From contig CACJPG010000002.1 in NCBI GenBank assembly GCA_902595225.1, positions 65,151-129,150 of the forward strand: 64,000 nt of DNA, in the 5' to 3' direction. The notes below the pieces were generated by a model. That model had not been told where the DNA came from and searched no databases. It was given only the letters and a program-made list of their open reading frames with translations. Origin of the DNA: an uncultured Thiothrix sp. (GTDB lineage Bacteria; Pseudomonadota; Gammaproteobacteria; Poriferisulfidales; GCA-002705445). A program made the position numbers and the translations under genes. This document shows positions 10,574 to 23,580 of the stretch, piece by piece. The stretch's first letter is position 1, and each line of letters opens with the position of its first letter.

Positions 10574-10693
10574 TCTTCCTTTGTTTTCGAAAAAAAGAGA
10601 AATTATATACATATATATCAAAAATATCGATATAGTTATTAAATATATTGATAAATTCACTTACTCTTAATATACTTCTTATCCGAAGAGATT

Positions 10694-11038
10694 ATGTTTT
10701 TAAGAAAACTATTTTTTGAACTCTCTATTTTTGTAGTTATAGCTTCAATTTTATGGTTTTTCTCAAATATTGATGTAGCGACGTCTTTTCTTTATGGAGC
10801 GAGTGTAAGTTTTTTATCCAATTCGTACTCAGCATATATGCTGCTTTTTTATAAAGCAAAATCCATAAAGCAAGAGACAAGACGTTTTTATATTGCAGAA
10901 TTTGGAAAATGGTCTATTTCAGTAACATTGTTTGCTTTAATATTCCTAAATATTGATGTTTCAAACCCAGTTATTTTTTTTGGGGCATTCATTTTTGCAA
11001 ATTTAACAACTATTTTTTTACATAAACTAAAAACTTAG
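10694..11038 (+). CDS. atpI: ATP synthase protein I
   Basis: 114 aa hydrophobic protein immediately upstream of atpB. Confidence 0.7.
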   Translation: MFLRKLFFELSIFVVIASILWFFSNIDVATSFLYGASVSFLSNSYSAYMLLFYKAKSIKQETRRFYIAEFGKWSISVTLFALIFLNIDVSNPVIFFGAFIFANLTTIFLHKLKT

Positions 11039-11923
<885 letters not shown>

Positions 11924-11950
11924 ATTTTTTTAACGACAATTTATAAGTAG

Positions 11951-12193
<243 letters not shown>

Positions 12194-12222
12194 ATAGCAG
12201 TTATTTTAAAAGGGAGCGAAAT

Positions 12223-12693
12223 TTGAATATTAATTTAACGTTAATCGGACAAGCAATTTCTTTTGCTATATTCGTATGGTTTTGCATGAAATTTGTATGG
12301 CCTCCGATTACATCAGCTTTAGAGCAGAGAAAGAAAACTATATCGGATGGATTGTCTGCAGCAGAGCAAGGTCAGCAAGCACTTGAAAATGCAAAGGTTG
12401 ATGTTGAACAACAGCTTTCAGAGGCAAAATCAGAAGCCAAATCCATAATTGCAATGGCTGAGAAAAGACAAGGAGATATTTTAGACGAGGCTGGTGTCAA
12501 GGCATCGGAAGAGGCAGCAAAAAAGATTAAGCTTGCTGAACAAGAAGTTGAACAATTATCGATGCGCTTGAAAGAATCGTTAAAAAAAGATTTATCAAAA
12601 CTAGTAGTTGAAGGTGCTGAGATGATTTTGAAAAAGGAAATCGATAAAAAAGCACACGACAAGGCGATTAAAGATTTAATAAACAAAATTTAG
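12223..12693 (+). CDS. atpF: F0F1 ATP synthase subunit b
   Basis: 156 aa, TTG start, one N-terminal TM followed by a long charged helix. Operon position fits. Confidence 0.93.
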   Translation: MNINLTLIGQAISFAIFVWFCMKFVWPPITSALEQRKKTISDGLSAAEQGQQALENAKVDVEQQLSEAKSEAKSIIAMAEKRQGDILDEAGVKASEEAAKKIKLAEQEVEQLSMRLKESLKKDLSKLVVEGAEMILKKEIDKKAHDKAIKDLINKI

Positions 12694-12700
12694 GACACTT

Positions 12701-13234
12701 ATGTCAGAACTATTAACAACAGCTAGACCATATGCAAAAGCATTATTTAAAAGTGCTAAGGAACAAGGCATGATTGATGAATATTTCATTATGCTTAAGA
12801 ACTTATTAGCTGCTGTTGAAGACAAAAACTTAACGAAGATTCTAAGCAATGATTCTTTTGATAGTAATGACAAGTCAAATATTTTAACTGATGTCTTAAA
12901 AGATAATATCAACGAGTCTTTTATAAGATTCATTAAGTTACTAATTAACAATGACAGGCTAGAAGTAATTAATGAAATTGTAAGTTTATATGATCACCTT
13001 CTGCAGGAAGAAAAGAGTCAGAAAACTGCAATTATTGAAACAGCCTTTGAATTGAGTGCTGATCAGGTTAAAGAAATTAAAAACGCTCTTGAAAAAAGAT
13101 TTGATAAGAAAATTGAAATAAAGCAAAACATTGATTCAGAGCTCCTAGCTGGTGCAATTGTTAAAGTAGACGATTTAGTGATAGATGGGTCTTATAAAGA
13201 ACAGTTGAGAAAATTAGAATCTCAATTAATTTGA
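12701..13234 (+). CDS. atpH: F0F1 ATP synthase subunit delta
   Basis: 177 aa with the OSCP-like start ...ARPYAKALF.... Operon position fits. Confidence 0.92.
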   Translation: MSELLTTARPYAKALFKSAKEQGMIDEYFIMLKNLLAAVEDKNLTKILSNDSFDSNDKSNILTDVLKDNINESFIRFIKLLINNDRLEVINEIVSLYDHLLQEEKSQKTAIIETAFELSADQVKEIKNALEKRFDKKIEIKQNIDSELLAGAIVKVDDLVIDGSYKEQLRKLESQLI

Positions 13235-13254
13235 AACAAGAAGAGGAATAGATA

Positions 13255-14796
13255 ATGCAACTTAGTCCAACAGAAATAAGTGATTTAATTAAGAAAAGAA
13301 TAGAAGGATCTGATCTTTCTGCTGAAGCCAAAACCCAAGGCACTATTGTGGCAGTAACTGATGGTATTGTAAGAATTCATGGTCTTTCGGATGTGATGGC
13401 GGGTGAAATGATAGAGTTTCCAAATAATACCTTTGGCTTAGCTTTAAACTTAGAAAGAGATTCAGTTGGAGCAGTTATTTTAGGAGATTATCAGCATCTC
13501 TCTGAGGGTGACACAGCAAAATGTACTGGAAAGATTTTAGAGGTGCCTGTAGGTGAGTCATTGATTGGCAGAGTCGTAAACTCTCTTGGTGCACCAATAG
13601 ACGGGAAAGGAGAAATAGGCGCAAAAGAATTTTCGCCCATTGAAAAGATTGCGCCCGGAGTTATTCAAAGACAATCAGTAGATCAGCCTGTTCAAACAGG
13701 ACTAAAGTCAATTGACGCAATGGTGCCAATTGGCAGAGGACAAAGAGAATTAATTATTGGTGATAGACAAACCGGGAAAACCGCAATAGCGATTGACACA
13801 ATAATTAATCAAAAGGGCACAGGTGTAAAATGTATTTATGTTGCTATAGGACAAAAAGCCTCATCAGTATCAAATGTTGTAAAAAAACTTGAAGAACATG
13901 GAGCTTTAGAACATACGATTGTTGTGGCGTCAACAGCATCTGAATCTGCGGCAATGCAATATATTGCTCCTTATGCAGGCTGCTCAATGGGAGAATATTT
14001 CAGAGACAGAGGAGAAGATGCTCTAATAATTTACGACGATTTAAGTAAGCAAGCTGTAGCATACAGACAAGTATCTTTATTATTAAAAAGACCTCCTGGA
14101 AGAGAAGCGTACCCAGGAGATGTATTTTATTTGCACTCAAGATTACTTGAGAGAGCTTCAAGAGTTAATGCAGAACACATTGAAAAAATTACTAATGGAG
14201 AGGTTAAAGGAAAAACTGGTTCTTTGACAGCTATGCCAATCATTGAAACCCAAGCTGGGGATGTATCAGCATTTGTTCCTACAAATGTTATTTCTATTAC
14301 AGACGGCCAAATATTTCTGGAAACAAACCTTTTTAACTCTGGACTAAGGCCAGCTGTTGATGCTGGTTTATCCGTTTCTCGAGTTGGTGGAGCTGCTCAG
14401 ACCAAATTAATTAAAAAGCTCGGTGGAGGAGTAAGACTTGCTTTGGCGCAATATAGAGAACTTGCAGCTTTTGCGCAATTTGCATCCGATTTAGATGAGC
14501 AAACCAGAAAACAACTTGAAAGAGGGGAAAGAGTAATGGAGCTAATGAAACAAACTCAATACTCGCCTCTTAATATATCTGGAATGGGGCTAGTACTTTT
14601 TGCTGCCAACGAAGGATATCTTGATAATGTTGAAGTTAATAAAATTAAAGATTTTGAAAAAGCGCTTTTAGGTTTTGCAAACTCAGAATATTCAGATTTT
14701 ATGAATAGCATAGAGGAGTCAGCTGACTACAACGATGAAATTGGGGCAACTTTTAAAGAGCTTATGGATAAATTTGTATCATCACAAACTTGGTAA
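13255..14796 (+). CDS. atpA: F0F1 ATP synthase subunit alpha
   Basis: 513 aa with Walker [10 protein letters not shown]. Confidence 0.98.
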   Translation: MQLSPTEISDLIKKRIEGSDLSAEAKTQGTIVAVTDGIVRIHGLSDVMAGEMIEFPNNTFGLALNLERDSVGAVILGDYQHLSEGDTAKCTGKILEVPVGESLIGRVVNSLGAPIDGKGEIGAKEFSPIEKIAPGVIQRQSVDQPVQTGLKSIDAMVPIGRGQRELIIGDRQTGKTAIAIDTIINQKGTGVKCIYVAIGQKASSVSNVVKKLEEHGALEHTIVVASTASESAAMQYIAPYAGCSMGEYFRDRGEDALIIYDDLSKQAVAYRQVSLLLKRPPGREAYPGDVFYLHSRLLERASRVNAEHIEKITNGEVKGKTGSLTAMPIIETQAGDVSAFVPTNVISITDGQIFLETNLFNSGLRPAVDAGLSVSRVGGAAQTKLIKKLGGGVRLALAQYRELAAFAQFASDLDEQTRKQLERGERVMELMKQTQYSPLNISGMGLVLFAANEGYLDNVEVNKIKDFEKALLGFANSEYSDFMNSIEESADYNDEIGATFKELMDKFVSSQTW

Positions 14797-14801
14797 ATTA
14801 A

Positions 14802-17065
<2,264 letters not shown>

Positions 17066-17070
17066 CTAAT

Positions 17071-17490
17071 ATGTCCACAATGCATCTTGATATAGTAAGC
17101 GCAGAAGAAGAAATTTTCTCAGGCACTGTAAAAAATCTTTCTGCCGCTGCGATGATGGGAGAAGTTGGAATTTTCCCAAAACATACGCCGATGATAACTC
17201 CATTAAAACCCGGTGAAATCAAAGTTATAACTGAAGACGACGAAGAAAAGGTATTTTTCATATCCGGCGGTGTACTCGAAGTTCAACCAGAGATAGTTAC
17301 AGTGCTTGCTGATACTGCAATAAGAGGTGAGGACTTAGATGAGGCAAAAGCAGCCGAGGCAAAAAAAAGAGCGGAAGAAGCATTAGCAGATAAAAGTGAT
17401 AATATTGATGCTGCAAAGGCTTTAGCAGAGCTTGCGCAGGCTGCAGCTCAGCTTAAAATGATCGAAAATCTTAGAAAAAAAAGCAAATAG
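17071..17490 (+). CDS. atpC: F0F1 ATP synthase subunit epsilon
   Basis: 139 aa, the last gene of the atp operon, with a beta-sandwich plus helical C-terminus pattern. Confidence 0.93.
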   Translation: MSTMHLDIVSAEEEIFSGTVKNLSAAAMMGEVGIFPKHTPMITPLKPGEIKVITEDDEEKVFFISGGVLEVQPEIVTVLADTAIRGEDLDEAKAAEAKKRAEEALADKSDNIDAAKALAELAQAAAQLKMIENLRKKSK

Positions 17491-17549
17491 ATATATAGAT
17501 TTTGCGCATATCTCCCAAAACATAGTAGAATACTGCTATATAATCAAAA

Positions 17550-18917
17550 ATGTATAATTTAATGAGTTTGAATATAATAATTCTTGCTGCTGGAAAAGGT
17601 AAAAGAATGCATAGCAGTCTTCCAAAAGTAATGCATAAAGTTGGAGGCAAAAGTATGTTAGAGCATGTTTTAATTTCTGCAAAGAAATTAAACCCTTCTT
17701 CGATCAATGTGGTGTTAAGTCCTAAAATTGAAAGTATTAAAAAATCCTTTGGCGGCTATGATATTGCTTGGCATAGCCAATCAGAGCAAAAAGGGACAGC
17801 TGATGCAGTAAAGATTGTTCTCCCATCTCTAAAAGAAGATGAAAAAGTTTTAATTTTATATGCTGATACGCCGCTAATTGATTCAGATCTCCTAGACAAA
17901 TTCATTAATTATATGCCGAAGAGCGATGTTAAAGTTTTGACTGTAAATTTACAAAAACCATTTGGATATGGCAGGATAATTAGAGAGCAAGCAGAAGTAG
18001 AAATAATTTCAAAAATAATTGAAGAAACAGAAGCAGATGATTTGCAAAAAAATATCAAAGAATGCAATACGGGAATAATTTTTAGTGATGTTTCAACATT
18101 AAATTCTCTTATAAGCGAAGTAAAAAATGACAATTCAAAAAAAGAATTTTACCTTACAGACATTGTTAGTATTGCGAATTTAAAAAATATGATGGTTGTC
18201 CCACTGCTGTCAAAAGAAACAAATAGTTTGCTTGGAGTAAACGATAAATTACAACTTGAAGAAACTGAACAGATTTATCAAAGCAACAATAGAAAAAAAT
18301 TTTTGCGTCAGGGGGTTACAATGCTTGATTCAAAATCAGTATTTTTTAAGGGAGATGTTGAAATAGGAGAGGATGTAGAGATTGAAGCAAATGTTATTTT
18401 TGAAGGAAATGTAAAATTAGGCGATAAAGTCCAAATTAAATCAAATACCATTATTAAAAATTCAGTCATCAGCAGTGGCACAGAGGTAAAACCATACACA
18501 ATAATTGAAGATTCATTAGTTGGAAAGAATTGTAATATTGGGCCCTTTGCCAGAATAAGGCCAAACTGCACTCTCGAGGAGAGTGTTGGTATTGGTAACT
18601 TTGTTGAAGTAAAAGCATCAAATATAAAGAAAAATACAAAGGCAAATCATCTCACTTACCTTGGAGATTCAGACATTGGCGAGAATGTGAATGTCGGTGC
18701 GGGGGTAATTACATGTAATTACGATGGAGTCAACAAACACAAGACTGTCATCAAAGATAACGTTTTTATTGGCTCTGATTCACAATTAATCGCACCTATA
18801 ATTGTAGAGGAAGGTGTTACAATAGCGGCAGGATCAACTATTACAGATAATTCAGAAAAAGATAGTTTATTGATAGCAAGATCCAGACAACAAGAAAAGA
18901 AAAACTGGAAAAGATAA
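17550..18917 (+). CDS. glmU: bifunctional UDP-N-acetylglucosamine pyrophosphorylase / glucosamine-1-phosphate N-acetyltransferase
   Basis: 455 aa with LAAGKGKRM and C-terminal left-handed beta-helix hexapeptide repeats. The start could instead be the M at 17562. Confidence 0.95.
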   Translation: MYNLMSLNIIILAAGKGKRMHSSLPKVMHKVGGKSMLEHVLISAKKLNPSSINVVLSPKIESIKKSFGGYDIAWHSQSEQKGTADAVKIVLPSLKEDEKVLILYADTPLIDSDLLDKFINYMPKSDVKVLTVNLQKPFGYGRIIREQAEVEIISKIIEETEADDLQKNIKECNTGIIFSDVSTLNSLISEVKNDNSKKEFYLTDIVSIANLKNMMVVPLLSKETNSLLGVNDKLQLEETEQIYQSNNRKKFLRQGVTMLDSKSVFFKGDVEIGEDVEIEANVIFEGNVKLGDKVQIKSNTIIKNSVISSGTEVKPYTIIEDSLVGKNCNIGPFARIRPNCTLEESVGIGNFVEVKASNIKKNTKANHLTYLGDSDIGENVNVGAGVITCNYDGVNKHKTVIKDNVFIGSDSQLIAPIIVEEGVTIAAGSTITDNSEKDSLLIARSRQQEKKNWKR

Positions 18918-18923
18918 GATAAA

Positions 18924-20747
18924 ATGTGCGGTATTGTTGCAGCAGCATCACAAAATAACGTGGTAAATATATTAGCTGATGGGTTAAAACATCTAGAATA
19001 TAGAGGTTACGATTCAGCAGGCATAGCTGTTATTGAAAATGAAAATATACATAGTTATAAAAAAGAAGGACATGTTTCTGAACTAACTAGTATTCTAGGT
19101 AAAGATCTAGCCTCGAATATTGGTATAGCACATACAAGATGGGCTACACATGGAAAACCATCTGAAGCAAATGCTCATCCCCATATATCTGAAAATAGTA
19201 TCGCAATTGTTCATAATGGTATTATTGAAAACTATATTGAAATAAAAGAAAAATTTTTTAAAAACATTAAGCTAGAATCCGAAACAGATTCCGAAGTATT
19301 AGCACATCTTATAAATTTTTATGCAAAAGATAATAATATTCTAGATGCTGTACATTCTGCCTTAAAAGAAGTTAAAGGCTCTTATGCAATCGCAGTCTTA
19401 GATAAAAATAATTCTAGCGAAATAATAGTTGCGCGCCATGGCAGTCCTCTTATTATTGGTGTTGGTGAAGATTCTAATTTCATTGCGTCTGATGCTCATG
19501 CTTTAATTGAACATACAAATCAATTTATATATTTAGATGATGGCGATATGGCTTCAGTGAGTTCAAGCGAAATAAATATTTTCGATAAAGATAAAAATTC
19601 CGTAAATAGAGAAATAAAAAAAAGTAACATTTCATTAGGAAGTAATTCAAAAAATGGATTTGAGCACTTTATGCTTAAAGAAATTTTTGAACAACCAGAG
19701 GCGGTTAAAGCAACAATTCAAGACCGAATAATAAATAACTCTGTACCTAAAGAGATTTTAGGGCCAAGTGCTGAAAAATATCTTGATGGTTTTAAGGTGG
19801 TTCAAATCATTGCATGTGGAACGAGTTATCATGCAGCCTTATTAGCAAAACATTGGTTTGAAAAACTTGCTGGAATTCCCTGCCAGGCAGAAATCGCAAG
19901 TGAATTTAGATATAGGAAGCACGCTGTTCAACCTGGAACATTATCCATATGTATTTCACAGTCTGGAGAGACAGCAGATACTCTTTCGGCATTAAGACAA
20001 ATAAAAGAAGAAAAGAATTATATTGGCACCATTGCAATATGCAATGTGCCAGAAAGTTCAATTGCAAGAGAATGCGATTCAACTTTAATAACACATGCGG
20101 GTCCTGAAATCGGAGTTGCATCAACAAAGGCTTTTACAACACAATTGGTTGCCTTAATGCTTTTAATAATTGTACTCGGGAAAAATTTTGAAATTTCGGA
20201 AGAAATTGAAAAATCACTATGTGAACAATTACAAACTTTACCTGAAAAGATTAAAAGCACCTTGGATTTAGACCAAGAAATAGCAGAACTCTCAAAAATA
20301 TTTTCTAATAAGGAGCATGCTCTATTTTTAGGTCGAGGCTCACATTTCCCAATAGCCAGAGAGGGCGCTTTAAAACTTAAAGAAATATCTTATATTCACG
20401 CAGAAGCTTACGCTGCAGGCGAGCTAAAACATGGGCCGCTTGCTATTGTTGACGAAAATATGCCAGTAGTAGCGGTTGCTCCAAATAATGTTGTTTTAGA
20501 GAAACTGAAATCAAATCTTGAAGAAGTTAAAGCACGTGGTGGAAAACTTTATATATTTGCAGATAAAAAAGCTGGATTTAAAAGTGACGAGATTTCTCAA
20601 GTTTTTGAAATCGATGCACCGCTAAATCCTGTCGCTCCGATACTTTTTACCATTCCTTTGCAACTTTTAGCATATCACTGCGCCATTATTAAAGGTACAA
20701 ATGTTGATATGCCTCGCAACCTTGCCAAATCGGTTACAGTGGAATGA
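18924..20747 (+). CDS. glmS: glutamine--fructose-6-phosphate aminotransferase
   Basis: 607 aa with the N-terminal MCGIV nucleophile, two SIS domains, and the canonical C-terminus ...PRNLAKSVTVE. Confidence 0.98.
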   Translation: MCGIVAAASQNNVVNILADGLKHLEYRGYDSAGIAVIENENIHSYKKEGHVSELTSILGKDLASNIGIAHTRWATHGKPSEANAHPHISENSIAIVHNGIIENYIEIKEKFFKNIKLESETDSEVLAHLINFYAKDNNILDAVHSALKEVKGSYAIAVLDKNNSSEIIVARHGSPLIIGVGEDSNFIASDAHALIEHTNQFIYLDDGDMASVSSSEINIFDKDKNSVNREIKKSNISLGSNSKNGFEHFMLKEIFEQPEAVKATIQDRIINNSVPKEILGPSAEKYLDGFKVVQIIACGTSYHAALLAKHWFEKLAGIPCQAEIASEFRYRKHAVQPGTLSICISQSGETADTLSALRQIKEEKNYIGTIAICNVPESSIARECDSTLITHAGPEIGVASTKAFTTQLVALMLLIIVLGKNFEISEEIEKSLCEQLQTLPEKIKSTLDLDQEIAELSKIFSNKEHALFLGRGSHFPIAREGALKLKEISYIHAEAYAAGELKHGPLAIVDENMPVVAVAPNNVVLEKLKSNLEEVKARGGKLYIFADKKAGFKSDEISQVFEIDAPLNPVAPILFTIPLQLLAYHCAIIKGTNVDMPRNLAKSVTVE

Positions 20748-20770
20748 GTTTCATTGGACAGGATGGGTAG
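20730..20770 (+). repeat. repeat R0: the native glmS terminus (core tcggttacagtggaatga) plus right arm gtttcATTGGACAGGATGggtag
   Basis: The right arm immediately follows the glmS stop. There is no left arm; glmS coding sequence occupies that position. Confidence 0.8.
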
Positions 20771-20776
20771 AAAAAA

Positions 20777-21154
20777 ATGATGAATAAATTGATAAAAATA
20801 TTTTGCAATAGTTGTCTTGTTTTTTTAACAAGTATTTCTTTTGTTTTTGCAGAAGAGAATATATCTAATACATCTTGGTATATTTCTCATAATGATGGTC
20901 ATGAATATATTTTTCAATTTAATCCAGATGGAACTTGCCTCTATTTCCAGAAAAATTCTCCCACTGGAAATACTGGAAAAATCTATGATAACTGCAAATG
21001 GGTTAGGAAAAATAAAGTTTTAGTATTTGATTCTAATAATTATTATGCGGTACACATAGGCAGAATAGAAGGAAGAAGTATGACTGGTTATCGCGTATCA
21101 AATCACGACGTAGTAAAAAAAAGTACTTTTATTGGAAGAAGGATAGATAATTAA
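20777..21154 (+). CDS. cassette 1: small secreted protein of unknown function
   Basis: 125 aa with the Sec-type signal peptide ...LTSISFVFA/EE. No promoter module of its own, so probably read through from glmS. Confidence 0.6.
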   Translation: MMNKLIKIFCNSCLVFLTSISFVFAEENISNTSWYISHNDGHEYIFQFNPDGTCLYFQKNSPTGNTGKIYDNCKWVRKNKVLVFDSNNYYAVHIGRIEGRSMTGYRVSNHDVVKKSTFIGRRIDN

Positions 21155-21183
21155 ATGAGTAAACACAATACATTGAGACCGAT

Positions 21184-21293
21184 GAACATCCTGTCCAATC
21201 AAACGAAATCAGTCACGGTGGAGTAGTTAACTTCCGACATGATGGGTCAGTCCTAATTTTACAACCTCAACAATAATCCGTAGTATTAAAAGT
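21184..21293 (+). repeat. repeat R1: type A left arm, core tcagtcacggtggagtag, right arm, promoter-like module
   Basis: gaaCATCCTGTCCAATc...tcagtcacggtggagtag ttaacttccGACATGATGGgtcagtcctaatTTTACA-17-TAGTAT-7-ATG. Confidence 0.8.
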
Positions 21294-21698
21294 ATGAAAA
21301 TTAAATTACTCACAGTTTGTTTACTCTTAGTCACCTTGCAGGTGTTTGCAGAAAATAGATTTAATTGGACGCTAATATCTACCAGCACTGCTGATGATGG
21401 AAATAAATTTTATGGTGATATAAATAGCATCAGAAAGAACAAATCAGGAAATTATGTTGTTTGGATGTTACTTAATAACGTTGAAGGAGATTCTGTTGTT
21501 ACTTCTGAAGAGTATGATTGTACTCGATTAAGATTTAGATGGGTATATGTTGAACTCTATAGTCATCATTATGGAAAAGGAAAAAAAAAATTTACTGCTG
21601 ACACAGAAGAATTAAAACCAAAAGGTTATACTGATTGGATTTATCCTAAACCCAATTCAAATAATTACCATAAAGTTAATTTCGTTTGTGAAAAATGA
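21294..21698 (+). CDS. cassette 2: secreted protein, surface-adhesin protein E (Adhesin_E)-like fold family
   Basis: 134 aa, signal peptide MKIKLLTVCLLLVTLQVFA/E. Pattern W..I...(K)FY.D..SIRKN....VVWML.N...S...EYDC...R.R.....Y..HYGKG...W.YP......VNFVC matches my recollection of the Adhesin_E domain. Paralog of 22605-23003. Confidence 0.6.
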   Translation: MKIKLLTVCLLLVTLQVFAENRFNWTLISTSTADDGNKFYGDINSIRKNKSGNYVVWMLLNNVEGDSVVTSEEYDCTRLRFRWVYVELYSHHYGKGKKKFTADTEELKPKGYTDWIYPKPNSNNYHKVNFVCEK

Positions 21699-21815
21699 TG
21701 ACGATAACCATCATGTCCATACAAACGCAATCCGTAACAGTGGAGTAGTTAACTTCCGACAGGATGGGTCAGTCCAAATTTTACAATTTCAAAATAATCC
21801 GTATTATTAAAAAAA
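21698..21815 (+). repeat. repeat R2: type A left arm, core tccgtaacagtggagtag, right arm, promoter-like module
   Basis: ATGACGATAACCATCATGTCCat...tccgtaacagtggagtag ttaacttccGACAGGATGGgtcagtccaaatTTTACA-16-TATTAT-8-ATG. Confidence 0.8.
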
Positions 21816-22193
21816 ATGAAAATTAAAATATTTATAACTTGTCTATTTTTTTTATTTTCCGCCAACAGTTTTGCAGAATGGACGGAAATAGGCAGAAATG
21901 AAAAAAATGCTTTGTATATAGATTCTGAAAGAATAAGAAAAGATAATCTTGGGCACATATATGTTTATGTTTTGATGAATCACCTTAACGATGATGACCC
22001 CCGCTCTACAATTGCCTATTTCCAATGCGATTGTGATAAATTCTCATTTAAAATTTTGAAGGAGTTTTATCATAGAAAACTAATGGGTGTTGATAGATAC
22101 GATGATTACGCTGAACCAAAACCAGAATGGAATTACATTTATCCTGAATCAGGAAATGAACTGATTTTAAAGTATGCATGTGAAAATCTCTAA
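21816..22193 (+). CDS. cassette 3: secreted protein, Adhesin_E-like family
   Basis: 125 aa, signal peptide ...FSANSFA/E, then WTEIGRNEKNALYIDSERIRKD...YFQCDCDK...W.YIYPES...YACE. Paralog of 26430-26801. Confidence 0.55.
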   Translation: MKIKIFITCLFFLFSANSFAEWTEIGRNEKNALYIDSERIRKDNLGHIYVYVLMNHLNDDDPRSTIAYFQCDCDKFSFKILKEFYHRKLMGVDRYDDYAEPKPEWNYIYPESGNELILKYACENL

Positions 22194-22308
22194 TGACGAT
22201 AACCATCCTGTCAGAAGTAGAATATTCGGTAACAGTGGAATGAGTTTCAATGGACAGGATGAGTCAGTCCTAATTTTACAATCTTAAAATAATACGTATT
22301 ATTAAAGT
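22193..22308 (+). repeat. repeat R3: type A left arm, core tcggtaacagtggaatga, right arm, promoter-like module
   Basis: ATGACGATAACCATCCTGTCAGAAGT...tcggtaacagtggaatga gtttcaatGGACAGGATGAgtcagtcc.... Confidence 0.8.
22275..22302 (+). promoter_or_regulatory. representative cassette promoter-like module: TTTACA-16 nt-TATTAT ending 6 nt before the ATG (predicted leaderless transcript)
   Basis: The same arrangement recurs in R1, R2, R3, R7, R8, R9 and R10, with the -10-like hexamer 6-8 nt upstream of the ATG and no Shine-Dalgarno. R5 has the same TTTACA-16-TATTAT, but there the next ATG lies 33 nt downstream of the conserved attaaag. Housekeeping genes in this window have GGAG-type SD sequences. 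Confidence 0.45.
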
Positions 22309-22584
22309 ATGAAAATAAAAAAACTAGTAATTTCTTTAATATTATTTTGTAATCTTGCTTATGCCGCATCTGAAGAAAAGCAAATGGAATGGATTAATGA
22401 ATGTATTACACACACACCAAACAATATCTCATATGCTAGAGCAGTAGAATATTGTGGTTGTGCAACTAGAAAATTAATGGATCGATTTACAGAAAAGCAA
22501 ATAGATAACTCTTCTGCAGAAGATATCGCAAAGAATAAGTTAATGTCTGATATTGTTGAAGAATGTAATGCTGTAATAGAATGA
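22309..22584 (+). CDS. cassette 4, ORF a: small secreted Cys-containing protein
   Basis: 91 aa with signal peptide MKIKKLVISLILFCNLAYA/A. Confidence 0.55.
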   Translation: MKIKKLVISLILFCNLAYAASEEKQMEWINECITHTPNNISYARAVEYCGCATRKLMDRFTEKQIDNSSAEDIAKNKLMSDIVEECNAVIE

Positions 22585-22604
22585 ACAAATTTTTCTACTA
22601 ATAA

Positions 22605-23003
22605 ATGAAAACCAAACTACTCACAATCTGTTTACTTTTATTTTCTTCACAGTTGTTTGCAGAAAATTTATTTAATTGGACATACATAGCAACGAGTGAT
22701 GATGGTACTAAATATTATGCAGATAAAAATAGCATCAGAAAGAATAAATCAGGAAATTATATTGTTTGGATGTTAGATAATTCCAGTAAAGGAGATTCAT
22801 TAATTGCATCTGAAGAGTATGATTGTTCTAATTTAAGATATAGATTGGTATATGCTGCACTCTATAATAATCATTATGGAAAAGGGGGAAAAATAGGTTC
22901 TTATGACACAGAGCAATTAAAGTCAATAGGCAAATATAATTGGGTTTATCCTACACCGAAAACACCTAATGACTCTAAAGTTAATTGGGTTTGCAGAAAC
23001 TAA
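22605..23003 (+). CDS. cassette 4, ORF b: secreted protein, Adhesin_E-like family
   Basis: 132 aa, MKTKLLTICLLLFSSQLFA/E. Clear paralog of 21294-21698 (ENLFNWTYIATSDDGTKYYADKNSIRKNKSGNYIVWML...EEYDC...). Confidence 0.65.
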   Translation: MKTKLLTICLLLFSSQLFAENLFNWTYIATSDDGTKYYADKNSIRKNKSGNYIVWMLDNSSKGDSLIASEEYDCSNLRYRLVYAALYNNHYGKGGKIGSYDTEQLKSIGKYNWVYPTPKTPNDSKVNWVCRN

Positions 23004-23088
23004 AGATTAAAACAAAAAAAAGAATGGGAAAAGAAAAAGAAAAAATTTATAATATTTAAGATTTTAAAAAAATTATTGCTAAAAACTT

Positions 23089-23457
23089 ATGGATTTTAAA
23101 ACTGCTGTCAAAACATGTCTTATTGAAAAATATACAACTTTTTCTGGAAGAGCATCTAGATCGGAATACTGGTATTTCACTTTATTTACAACCATAGTTT
23201 TTATATGTGCGAATATTATAGATAATGCAATAGATCCGTATAGCATATTTGGAACATTCTACTTACTTTGCTTAGTGCTTTTAATTACGCCTATTATAGC
23301 ATGTGGTGCTAGAAGACTTCATGATATTGGAAGGTCTGGTTGGTGGTTATTAATTTATCTTACAGGTATTGGTTCAATCCTCATATTTATTTGGTCAATT
23401 ATAGCGGGAACCAAAAACGATAATGAGTATGGTATAAGTACTTACATTGGTAAATAA
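23089..23457 (+). CDS. cassette 4, ORF c: DUF805-family inner membrane protein
   Basis: 122 aa with motifs F.GRASRSEYWYF and RRLHDIGRSGWW characteristic of DUF805 (YhaH/YhaI-like). Multiple TM segments. Confidence 0.75.
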   Translation: MDFKTAVKTCLIEKYTTFSGRASRSEYWYFTLFTTIVFICANIIDNAIDPYSIFGTFYLLCLVLLITPIIACGARRLHDIGRSGWWLLIYLTGIGSILIFIWSIIAGTKNDNEYGISTYIGK

Positions 23458-23560
23458 TTGCACTACCACCTCCAACTCACCTTCCATAACGGTGGAGTAG
23501 TTGCTTTTGGACAGGGTGGGTCTGTTATCTCAGGGTCAGTTCCCTATCTATGTTTTACCA
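23458..23560 (+). repeat. repeat R4: type B left arm, core tccataacggtggagtag (V to I), right arm with a 14-nt insertion
   Basis: ttgcactaccacctccaactcaccttccataacggtggagtag ttgcttTTGGACAGGGTGGgtctgttatctcagggtcagttcc.... Confidence 0.75.
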
Positions 23561-23580
23561 ATATAGTGTTTAAATTATGC

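Noticed and set aside
8919-10693. A parS centromere site (TGTTTCACGTGAAACA-like) near parAB
   Set aside because: I could not find a convincing 16-bp palindrome of that type by eye in or around parAB. It may lie elsewhere, so I make no claim.
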